Made by a program: the position numbers and the translations under genes. From positions 1 through 27,219 of the forward strand of contig JAQGDQ010001740.1 in NCBI GenBank assembly GCA_030141605.1: DNA of 27,219 bases, given 5' to 3'. Below, one piece after another: positions 1 to 8,777 of the stretch (positions are counted from its first letter, which is position 1; each line of letters starts with the position of its first letter). The notes beneath the pieces were generated by a model, which was given only the letters and a program-made list of their open reading frames with translations, did no database searches and was not told the DNA's origin. Source of the DNA: Tubiluchus corallicola (Eukaryota > Animalia > Priapulida).

Positions 1-1932
1 AGTATACAAAACAAAGTAGGGAATCCTACTGCGCAGTAGTTCGCGCAGTTAGTGTCGCCCTAGCGGCAGTTCAGTACGGACTGTTGTCAGGTACGCAACA
101 GCGCAGGCTGTGGGTATTGTAGCAGATGAATTGATGAGACCATCAAAACCAGCCCGGTTAACAGGCGCTCATAAATTGCTCAGCAGTGAGTTGCAAAAAC
201 ACAGGTAAAAATCTCTTTTTAAATTTCGCAAGGATGCAGCCAGGTAATTATAATAAAATGTTAATTATAACACAGTTTTGTAACTTTTGTTACTAGTTAA
301 ATATTTTGTACGCTAAGCAAAGACTGCAAGGCCTACATCTCTCTTTGGCGATTTATAGCAGCTGTTATATTTTTTAATATTATCTAAAGCAAGCATAAGG
401 CATTAAGAATAATTTGTAGTTAAAATAAAAATTATTATAATCATATCTCATAAAAATTAATAGGCTTATTTACAAAAGCAGTTAAGAAAGTTGATCAAAA
501 AGAAAGTTTGCAAATACCTGGCTCATGTAGTATTCGGTTTCTGGAGAAATATTTTTTCTAAAAAACATTTCTATTTCATATGTTCTTATCAGGAAATATA
601 ACTTGAAGAAATATTAGGCCTGACTTTCATGTGTAATACCTTTCATAGAAAAAAAATCGATTTTTTCAGAAGAGCAAATAATTTTCCAGAACAAAACTTA
701 ATCTAAGCATCTGCATGTTTTGTTAATTCTAAGTTAAAAATGTTTAAAAAGCATATAATTATACATTGGCCTTTGTTATGAGTTGGAGTTAGTTATAAAA
801 TTACGTTGAACAAGCAGAGATGCATTTACGACATTACTCCTCTTTTTTATTATCAGTGAACAAAAAATAACTGAATGAAACATCAGAGCTGTCATCCTAA
901 GCAGCCGACATAACTTCCACCTCTATAACAACCAACTAACTATGTCAAAACCTAGTTACAGAATTCAGGCGAAAAGCATAAATTAGAATCTGCACGCGTG
1001 TCATAATACCTTATAATATCATGTGCAGACATTACTTATATTTAGCCTAATTTTTTAAGATTCAGTTAGGCTTACATCAAAATAAATGTTCATTAAATAC
1101 AGTTTGCTTACGTGTAAAAAATGTACTTGTATAATGTTCTTTTATTTTCTTTATTAATTAGACTCTTTAGTATTATTTTAATGCATGTACTTTGCAGCTT
1201 GATTCAGTTCCCTATTTGAAAGTTTATTTAAATTTCTGTTTGGCTAGCTTGCTTTTCATTTTATTTAGTTTGTTTTTATTATTTTTATTTAGTATTATTG
1301 TTATTATTTTGCACGTTTTTCTCATATTGAGTTATGCATGGACGATATGACAGCTTGAATTTGGTCATTTTTATTATTCATTTGTGCCACATTATTTGGC
1401 TTTTGCTTACCATTGATTTTTGTTTATCATTTTCCTGTATGTTTAGATATCTTTGATTGCATTTTCATCCTTCAGTTATTTAAAGTTGATCAGAGAATTT
1501 TAAACAGATCAAGTTGCTAAGTAAAATAGTAATAATGTAATTTCACTACTATTCATGAGTGAAATAGTTACAGTGTCATCCCAATAATCACATACATCCA
1601 TTGAAGGATGGCTTGACTAGTATTTCCATTGTGAAAATTAAATACATTTACTTGCCTCAGTTATATCATGAATGTGGAAATAAAAGCACGTTTTGAATTG
1701 AATTGAATTGAATATATGAAGCACTGTATCATGCAATTAATTGTTGTGTGCATGCGTGCGTGTGCGAATTGTTTATATACAAACCTACAATATAATATAT
1801 GTGTAATTATATAGATTAATTGCAGGGCACGTAAATGGGTGCAATTTTTAATGTGCCAAATTCGCTACCTCGCATTGGAGTAAAATCACCAAGAAACAAA
1901 TGGCAGAACCTTCAACAAAAAGAAAAGAAGGA

Positions 1933-2075
1933 TCTCTCTCTGTGTCTCTGCCTCTCTCCCTCCCCCTTTCTCTGTCTCTCTCTCTTTCACTCCCTTTCAC
2001 TGTTTCTCTTCCTCTCCGTCTTTCTTTTAACTCTCTCTCTCTCCCTCTCTTTCTCTCTAAGAGAGGGAGGGAGAG
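1933..2075. repeat. Degenerate (CT)n/(GA)n microsatellite
   Basis: Run of ctct/tctc followed by gagag; explains spurious ORFs 1835-2274. Confidence 0.95.
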
Positions 2076-2880
2076 AAAAATCAATAAATCAATGAAAAAT
2101 GCATTACTTTTTTACATAGTAGGCAGCCCATCACGCAGTCAGCTAGCCTCTTTCCTCAGGAAAAACAATAAACTTTTACTTACAAGAAAACTGAACAGGC
2201 ATTTGCAAGTACATAATACAAACTTATTGCTACAATGTTTTTTCCTTTTCAGGAAATGTTTTCAGTTTTTTTAAACTAATAATTGGTTTTAATTGAGATA
2301 TACTTCTTTTATTAAAAACGAAAAGTGATTTTGGCTTATCAAAATTGCACGTATGCCAACACTACTGGTGAACTTAATAATATTATTATTACAGTCAATG
2401 CGGCGCTCCAAATTTTTACTGATTCGCCGTTTGATGCCGCCAGCATAGCCGCTAATCGCAAAAATGAAATACGTAACAATAGTTTTCGTCACTTCCTCTT
2501 TATACACTTTGGTAATACATACAACATAAGCATAATTAAAATAAGCAGGTTGTACACGGTGAGTGGCGAAAGTAATAATTGTATTTGCAGTTTTCCTTTA
2601 CGGATTCTGTCTCAGTTGCAGTGTATTCGAGCTTCATTCAATTCTTAAAATGATTCTGTAATGTTTAAAACAGTGATAGAGACTACAAGAACTAACAAGT
2701 AACCACCATTCAAGACTAGAAATTTGAAACTTTTTTAAAGATACTTAAATGTGTACGATTTTAAATACTTACCACCAATGACTATGGACTGCTTTATTGT
2801 CTTGTTGCAATTGAAAATGGTATACTTCTGCAGTAGATCACTACATCTGTGGAATATGCCTCTGGACCTCTGGCTGCATA

Positions 2881-3224
2881 TTAAATGATAAGAAAAGGTG
2901 TACCTGAAGTAGGTTTCAGAAAAATTGCCTTAAAAAATCATATTACTTTATAGCAATTTTACATGACGTCATATACGAGCAACGTAAATCAGGTGAAGAA
3001 AAGGAAATGTTATAGTATGTATCAAAGAACTTTCCATGCAAAGTTATGTTATTTAGCATTTCGCTTACCTGCTTGAAAAACTTATGTAACACTAACTAGA
3101 AAAGAAAATTATTAAATACTTAAAATGCTTTCACCAATTGGTAAAATGTTGCTGTCTCACTCTCCAGGTGCACCACTGACTAGCCAAAAAATGTATTTTT
3201 AATCTTGTTGACAAGATACAGTAA
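2881..3224 (+). mobile_element. Dispersed non-autonomous DNA element, copy A (TTAAAGG-start family, Kolobok/Crypton-like)
   Basis: ttaaatgataagaaaaggtgtacctgaagtaggtttcagaaaaattgccttaaaaa and aattggtaaaatgt...aatcttgttgacaagatacagtaa match 12535-13424 and 13426-13514; superfamily is inferred only from the TTAAAGG terminus of copy C. Confidence 0.65.
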
Positions 3225-3325
3225 AATTTTACTTTGTTAGTGATGTGTGCGCCATGAATGCTCTGATCATTTTTTCAACTTTACTCAGTGTTATCTAAAC
3301 TAGTTTCAAATGACTTATCGTCAAA

Positions 3326-3419
3326 ATGGCTGCGTCTAACGGTCGTTGCTGGTGTTTAAATTTACGTGTTTTATACAGTGTTACTGCCGATGCAAGTCCT
3401 GTATGCAAAAAGGCAGTAT
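3326..3419 (+). CDS. Candidate first coding exon of a host gene (MAASNGRCWCLNLRVLYSVTADASPVCKKAV), possibly PRAS40/Lobe-like N-terminus
   Basis: aaaATGGCTGCG start context and GT donors at 3416 (gtatgt) and 3420 (gtaagt); N-terminal CxCLN recalls invertebrate PRAS40/Lobe, from memory only; no downstream exons found. Confidence 0.3.
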
Positions 3420-3487
3420 GTAAGTGGTATAAAATTTCAAGACGAATTTTTTAAGCTTTATGTAAGTGGATAGTTTTTTTAATATAT

Positions 3488-3516
3488 GTTCTTTGGGTCA
3501 AGCCAAAGAACATAAA
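3488..3516. repeat. Hairpin repeat copy 1 (gttctttgggtcaagccaaagaacataaa) at the left junction
   Basis: 29-bp identity with 6010-6038; stem gttctttgg/ccaaagaac. Confidence 0.9.
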
Positions 3517-3563
3517 AAAAGAACAAAAAAATAATATTAAAAACCATTAAAAACTAAAAAACT

Positions 3564-5708
3564 ATGACAACAAATTCTTACCAAGAAGGCAACGGAGTCT
3601 TCAACACAACTACACCTAACGCACCCAACAACGTGCATATAGGAGAAAACGATATGATAAAACTCAAAGTAGGTCAAATATCCTACAAAGACATATCATT
3701 CAGCACCACAACAAGCAATGTTAACTGTGTTCCCCAAGCCATATATGGAGATGGCACAAACATATGGATAGTAGATAGTGATACCAACAAAGTATACCAG
3801 TATACACAAGAAGGTAGCTATACAGGAATATCCTTTGATGTAGCCACAGAAACTACCTCTCCAAAAGGTGGGTACTTCGATGGAGTTGCTCACTGGATAA
3901 TAAGCGGTGATAACAGCGTTCACTCTTATATGGGTGACGGTACGTATTTAGGTATATCATTCGACCTAACCAACCAAACCACCTCTCCACAAGGTGGATA
4001 CTTCGACGGTACGAACCATTGGATTATCTGCGGAAGCAACACCCTATACCAATACAACAAAGGAGGAAATTATACTGGAAACTCTTTCAGCACCTCAGCA
4101 GAAACGGTAGCAACAAGAGGAGGATATTGGGGAAATAATCACCACTGGATAATAGGTATAGGCAGCCAGTCTGTGCATCAATACGACAACTTAGGAGTAT
4201 ACACAGGGTTTACATTTACCACAGCAGGGGAAACCACCAATATACGCGATGGATACTTCGATGGAGAAAACCACTGGATATTGGATGCTACAAGTAAGGT
4301 AGTGTACAAATACAATGTACCCGCAGAGGTAGAGATAGGCACAGACACACTAATACACGGAGCTATGCAGTCGGAAAGTATAGTAGACTCCAAAGGCAGC
4401 AAAGGAAACCCCGGACAAGTACTCACGGCTAAAGATAAAGACACCTACCAGTGGACAGACGAGCTAACAGGCGAGCTCAACAACCACAAGAACAGAACCG
4501 ACAACCCACACCAAGTAACAAAAACTCAAGTAGGACTTGGCAACCTACCCAATGCCAAAAGCGACAGCACTACACTAAACAGCAGCAACACATTGGCTAC
4601 AAGTAAGGCAGTTTACGATGTAAATCAAAATGTAGAAAGCCGTTGGACAGTATCAGGCAACGACATACACAACGCCAATAGTGGCAACATAGGCATAGGC
4701 ACCACCGACCCACAAGCCAAACTACACGTAGAAGGAGATGCAATAGCCAACAACGTAATGTACAAATACACCGGTGAGTTCAAAGTAGGTGGCTCTACCA
4801 GTACTTACTACCCCGTAATATTTAGTAGAGGAGGGACACCTAATTATACCCAAACCATAAGGCTATATAGAGATAACGTACATGAAGATGCTAATTGGAG
4901 GGGAGCTTTTATCTTCGAAATATATGCAGACCCTTCTAATTGGGGGAGTAAGGAACCCTTTATCAACTATTTGTATAGAAGACAAACTTATAAAACAACG
5001 AAAGACCTTGTTGCTTATGTAGCTACAGAAGAACGAGGCAAAGGAGTTATTGTATGGTTGTTGGGTGGTACTACTTATTATTACAAGTCATCTACTAAGC
5101 TGTATAATGGAAACGAAGCAGGAGAAGACACTATTGACATTTATCAAGGAGAAGTATCATCCACCAATAGTAAAGATACACCTCCTAATACCTCTGTAAC
5201 GAAAGACCTTCGCAAAGTTGTAGACGGGGTGCATAATAAACTTCCACTTTACATTGATGGCAACGTAGGCATAGGCACTACCACTCCCGACCAAAAACTA
5301 TCCGTAAACGGCAACGCCTCCAAATCAGGAGGAGGAAGCTGGGCTACATACTCCGACCAACGCATTAAAAAAGACATACAACCCTTTAGCGATGGATTAG
5401 AGATTATTGAAAACATCAACCCCGTCAACTTCAAATACAACGGAAAAGCAGGCCATAAAGCCGATGGCAAAACCCACACAGGCATAGTAGCACAAGAGCT
5501 CTACGAACACGCCCCACATATGTTCGAAAAGGTAAAAACAAAACTCAACGAAACCGACACCGAAGACACCGAACTATATATCTATGATGGAGGAAACACG
5601 CTACTATACACACTAGTAAATGCCACCAAGCAACAACAAATACAGGCAGAAAAACAACAAACACAAATAGAGCAACTTCTTAACCGAATAGAACAATTAG
5701 AGAAGTAG
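3564..5708 (+). CDS. Phage tail fibre-like protein with N-terminal 5x ~43-aa repeats and C-terminal Peptidase S74 intramolecular chaperone
   Basis: 714-aa ORF; repeats GGYFDGxxHWII...VxxY...GxYxGxSF; DSKGSKGNPGQVL; NPHQVTKTQVGLGN and LATSKAV fibre motifs; two GN(I/V)GIGTT repeats; GGGSWATYSDQRIKKDI (S597/K602) followed by a terminal coiled coil. Confidence 0.9.
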   Translation: MTTNSYQEGNGVFNTTTPNAPNNVHIGENDMIKLKVGQISYKDISFSTTTSNVNCVPQAIYGDGTNIWIVDSDTNKVYQYTQEGSYTGISFDVATETTSPKGGYFDGVAHWIISGDNSVHSYMGDGTYLGISFDLTNQTTSPQGGYFDGTNHWIICGSNTLYQYNKGGNYTGNSFSTSAETVATRGGYWGNNHHWIIGIGSQSVHQYDNLGVYTGFTFTTAGETTNIRDGYFDGENHWILDATSKVVYKYNVPAEVEIGTDTLIHGAMQSESIVDSKGSKGNPGQVLTAKDKDTYQWTDELTGELNNHKNRTDNPHQVTKTQVGLGNLPNAKSDSTTLNSSNTLATSKAVYDVNQNVESRWTVSGNDIHNANSGNIGIGTTDPQAKLHVEGDAIANNVMYKYTGEFKVGGSTSTYYPVIFSRGGTPNYTQTIRLYRDNVHEDANWRGAFIFEIYADPSNWGSKEPFINYLYRRQTYKTTKDLVAYVATEERGKGVIVWLLGGTTYYYKSSTKLYNGNEAGEDTIDIYQGEVSSTNSKDTPPNTSVTKDLRKVVDGVHNKLPLYIDGNVGIGTTTPDQKLSVNGNASKSGGGSWATYSDQRIKKDIQPFSDGLEIIENINPVNFKYNGKAGHKADGKTHTGIVAQELYEHAPHMFEKVKTKLNETDTEDTELYIYDGGNTLLYTLVNATKQQQIQAEKQQTQIEQLLNRIEQLEK

Positions 5709-5720
5709 TAATGAATAACT

Positions 5721-6085
5721 AGTAATTAAAATTCTGCACAGCAGAATACAACCGCCCTTAAAGGATTTTGATAGAAAAACAGAGTAATTAAAATTCTGCG
5801 TAGCAGAAACGAGCGACCTACTTTTTGTAGGCTTAGTTCTTCTAATGAAGCGTAGCGAAGAAAAAAAGAAATCTGTTTGAGCCGTAGGCGAGTTATTTCT
5901 TTTTAGCGAAGCGAAATGTAGAAGAACTTAGACTGCAAAAATCAGTCTTGACCTTTGCTCGTACAACTAAAATACTCAAAGGCACTCGCGAGCTCACTAC
6001 GTTCGGTTGGTTCTTTGGGTCAAGCCAAAGAACATAAAGAATTGTATCAAGACAACCGAGCAAAGCGAGCTCACTCATACCATTG
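5721..6085. other. Structured intergenic element (nested inverted repeats; REP/MITE-like or ncRNA)
   Basis: Two copies of agtaattaaaattctgcNNagcagaa (5721, 5783); stem 5822-5844/5919-5941; inner aaagaaat/atttcttt; gcgtagcg, gccgtaggc and gcgaagcg mini-hairpins; cttgacc/ggtcaag; gagctcactacgttcggttg/caaccgagcaaagcgagctc. Confidence 0.7.
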
Positions 6086-6159
6086 AAAATAAAATACAAT
6101 GAGTAAAAGAGCGTAAAGAAACAAACCAAACTCAATCATACCGCTAAAAATAAAGTATA

Positions 6160-6591
6160 ATGAATAAAAAAAGAACTATGGAAAACAAACTACAACAAAA
6201 ACTAAAAAAAATACTTAAAAGCAACCCATATGTAGAACACCTATATATAACTACAGATGGTCTAATATTTTTACCACAATACTACAACGATGCAACAATA
6301 CACCAAAAACACAAGCTAAAAGGCGAAGAAAAAGACATAAAAAAATACACCCCTAAGCAAATAACAAGCCCAGCAAAAACCCGAAAACCAAAAACAGAAA
6401 AACCTCAAAAAATACCTACTATAGAAGAACTAAAACAAAAAAGCGAAAAAGAATTAACAGACTATTTAAAAACACTTAAAAGCAAACAACTCATAGAAAT
6501 AGCAACACAACTGGGCGACTTTAAAATAGGAAAATCTAACAAAGAATACACAGAAGAAATCTATAATAAACTAATAACTAATAACTTTTAA
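6160..6591 (+). CDS. Phage hypothetical protein, Lys-rich, with possible C-terminal Rho-N/HeH-like motif
   Basis: 143-aa ORF (alternative start 6178); NPYVEHLYITTDGLIF resembles small genes that precede DUF2586 in Bacteroidota prophages; C-terminal LKSKQLIEIATQLG...SNKEYTEEI. Confidence 0.75.
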   Translation: MNKKRTMENKLQQKLKKILKSNPYVEHLYITTDGLIFLPQYYNDATIHQKHKLKGEEKDIKKYTPKQITSPAKTRKPKTEKPQKIPTIEELKQKSEKELTDYLKTLKSKQLIEIATQLGDFKIGKSNKEYTEEIYNKLITNNF

Positions 6592-6625
6592 TTTTTAATT
6601 TTTAACCTTTAATTTTTAACTCAAA

Positions 6626-7128
6626 ATGGCATTACCCAAAGTAGACATTACAACACTAAACGGAGCACTTGGCACAGCACCCAGTATAGACGACGGCATT
6701 GTTGGACTGCTGTTGCAAGGCAGCCCCGTAGTAGACGGAGTACAACTCTCCACCCCTTATCAAATATTTAGTCTCGCAGAAGCAGAAGCACTTGGCATTA
6801 CAGCAGACTACGACACCACCAAAGAAGTAAACGTTTGGAGGCATATAAAAGAATTTTACGACACAGCTGGCAATGGTGCAGAACTATGGTTCTTACTCAC
6901 CTCACAAGCCATAACAATGGACACAATGCTAGAGGTAAGCGAAACAGAATACGCCACCAAACTACTTGACGCAGCCGACGGTAAAATAAAAGTACTAGGA
7001 GTAACACGCTCGCCCGCACTGCCAGAAACACCAAATGTAGAAAACGGAATAGACCAAGAAGCCTTTGACGCATTGGTAAACAGTAAAGTGCTTTTTGAAA
7101 ACTACCAAGACCGATACAAACCATTTAA
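6626..7128 (+). pseudogene. DUF2586-family (Mu-like tail sheath) gene, 3'-truncated after ~167 aa
   Basis: MALPKVDITTLNGALG...DGIVGL...FSLAEAEALGIT...RHIKEFY..AGNGAELW...GKIKVLGV typical of Bacteroidota DUF2586; similarity stops at YKPF where a tandem repeat starts; ORF continues to 7522. Confidence 0.8.
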
Positions 7129-7131
7129 GCT

Positions 7132-7410
7132 AGCTAGCTCGGCTGAAGCTGAGTCAGTTGCTGCTACATCAGCTGACTCACACAGTAAATCAGCTAGCTC
7201 GGCTGAAGCTGAGTCAGTTGCTGCTACATCAGCTGACTCCCACAGTAAACCAGCTAGCTCGGCTGAAGCTGAGTCAGTTGCTGCTACATCAGCTGACTCA
7301 CACAGTAAATCAGCTAGCTCGACTGAAGCTGAGTCAGTTGCTACTACATCAGCGGACTCACACAGTAAATCAGCTAGCTTGGAAGTTGAGTCAGTTGCTA
7401 CTACATCAGC
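7132..7410. repeat. 60-bp tandem repeat, ~4.6 copies
   Basis: Unit agctagctcggctgaagctgagtcagttgctgctacatcagctgactcacacagtaaatc at 7132, 7192, 7252, 7312 and partial at 7372. Confidence 0.97.
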
Positions 7411-7504
7411 ACTTTACGGTGCCATTTTGTCCTGCGCCATTTTTACTTGTAGCACTTTTACCGTGCCATTTTTACTTGTAGCACTTTTACCCTGCCATTT
7501 TGTC
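7411..7504. repeat. ~30-bp tandem repeat fragment (gccatttttacttgtagcacttttacc)
   Basis: 2-3 copies; resembles aaaaatggcac-type invertebrate interspersed repeats. Confidence 0.75.
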
Positions 7505-7522
7505 AACACTGTAAACAGTTGA

Positions 7523-7698
7523 AATGACACGGCTACGGCCTCTAACGATAAATCTAATTCTAATCGCAGGCAAAAAGCTCTGGACGACGCTCTGGCTGCC
7601 GTTCCGGAACATTTGAGAAAAACGATATCGAAAAAATCCGAAGACATGCTGTCCAATCAGATGCTTTCTGGGATACCAGAAATGGATCTTGGGATAGA
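7523..7698 (+). CDS. C9orf78: C9orf78/TLS1 homolog, internal exon (5' boundary uncertain: 7523 or acceptor at 7569/7570)
   Basis: ...ALAAVPEHLRKTISKKSEDMLSNQMLSGIPEMDLGI matches the conserved EEMLSNQMLSGIPEVDLGI; donor GA|GTAAGT at 7699. Confidence 0.9.
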
Positions 7699-7755
7699 GT
7701 AAGTCAAATTTCTTTTACTAGGTGAAGTCGTCCTGTGTTTTTTGGTTAACACTCA

Positions 7756-8104
7756 TGCTGTGTTTTGTTTCTCTCGGAAGGCTCGTAGAGAAAACCAGAA
7801 AACACTTCGTCAAATTAAACTAGTTTATTAAGCGACAATTCTACAACACAAAAGTATGAAGGAACACGAAATGTTTACAGTAAATGTGGAAATCTGGGAA
7901 ACGTTTGAGTGTATCTGAAAATACAGGTGTACAAGAGAATGTGTAAGTGGCGTCTGTGTGTCTGTCTCAGCGGCCTGCTTTGGCTTATATAGCGTGGGCG
8001 GGAAGTTTCTTTGCAGAACATTCTACAAGGTAAGATGATTATTCTAATGGAACATTCTACAATGTTCTATTTAATGCTAATAGATGCCAGCGATCTCCAC
8101 AACA
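7756..8104 (-). mobile_element. Solo LTR of an LTR retrotransposon
   Basis: Minus strand starts TGTTGT, contains TATATAA then AATAAA, ends CACAGCA (sister copy ends ACAACA); 349 bp. Confidence 0.75.
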
Positions 8105-8105
8105 C

Positions 8106-8346
8106 GTTCCTTCGTACTTTTGTGTTGTAGAATTCTCGCCATAATAAACTAGTTTAATTTGACCACGTGTTTTCTGGTTTTCTCTACGAGCCTTCCGAGA
8201 GAAACAAAACACAACAGAGCCGTGTGTGTGTCTCAGCGGCCTACTTCACCTTATATAGGGTGCCAGGGACCATTCTGCACGGTAAGACGATTCTTCTAAT
8301 GGAACATTCTATTTAATTCTAATAGATGCCAGCGATCTCTACAACA
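8106..8346. mobile_element. Second, rearranged LTR copy (3' part on +, 5' part on -)
   Basis: 8106-8216 is an inverted copy of 7756-7866; 8222-8346 is a direct copy of ~7956-8104; GAGC flanks both LTR termini in LTR sense. Confidence 0.75.
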
Positions 8347-8777
8347 GCTCGCAAATATCCCACAATCTCAGAACATTAGTAAAACTTACACCTCTCGTGA
8401 CAAAAACCTGCTAGATGCTTTCACTGAGTTAGTTTGTGATTCGTTTTTGCAAACTTTAGTATAAAATATTAAACTTTGCATAACAGAACAAATCTGTGGA
8501 CATCAAATTTTTTGTTTCTAGTCACTTTTAGATTATACAGGTTGTTTTGTGTAAACTAATGCTATTTGATTTTAGTTGTTCTTTTATATTATTTTGAGGT
8601 ACGAAATCCGTGATTTATTAGTATATAAAATTCTGATGAATGTAACAGCTATTTTAACTTACAAAGTAACTTAAGTTTACAAAGTAAACTTACTATGTAA
8701 CTTACAAAGTTTTTTTAACCATACACTGCAAATAGAGGGTCACTGTATGTATATTATGTAAATATTTGTACATGTGT

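Larger units (their letters stand above)
3486..7128 (+). mobile_element. Bacteroidota-type prophage/phage-tail gene fragment embedded in animal DNA
   Basis: Three tightly packed, co-oriented, intron-less ORFs with phage tail motifs; A-rich leaders without Shine-Dalgarno; A/C-skewed coding strand; REP-like hairpins; abrupt change to microsatellite/intron-type DNA on both sides. Confidence 0.9.

Noticed and set aside
20-250. Promoter or first exon (ctactgcgcagtag palindrome, ATG 134, CAG|GTAAAA at 205) as the C9orf78 5' end
   Set aside because: MRPSKPARLTGAHKLL... shows no recognisable C9orf78 similarity; it may be a real exon but I cannot support it.
1835-2274. ORFs over CT/GA, TAG and GATA repeats (also 10915-11217, 14998-15400, 24853-25187, 25582-26046)
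   Set aside because: They are translations of microsatellites.
2772-2872. Possible minus-strand exon with GTAAGT donor
   Set aside because: One frame is open but has no recognisable homology or partner exon.
3564-5708. Diversity-generating retroelement target
   Set aside because: No template/variable repeat pair differing at adenines and no bacterial reverse transcriptase; the RT relics present are eukaryotic LINEs.
3696-7124. Antisense ORFs within the phage genes and ORF 5893-6135
   Set aside because: Shadow ORFs of real + strand genes or of the structured intergenic element.
7132-7410. Native low-complexity C-terminus of the sheath protein, or CRISPR repeats
   Set aside because: DUF2586 similarity stops abruptly, base composition changes, and there are no spacers.
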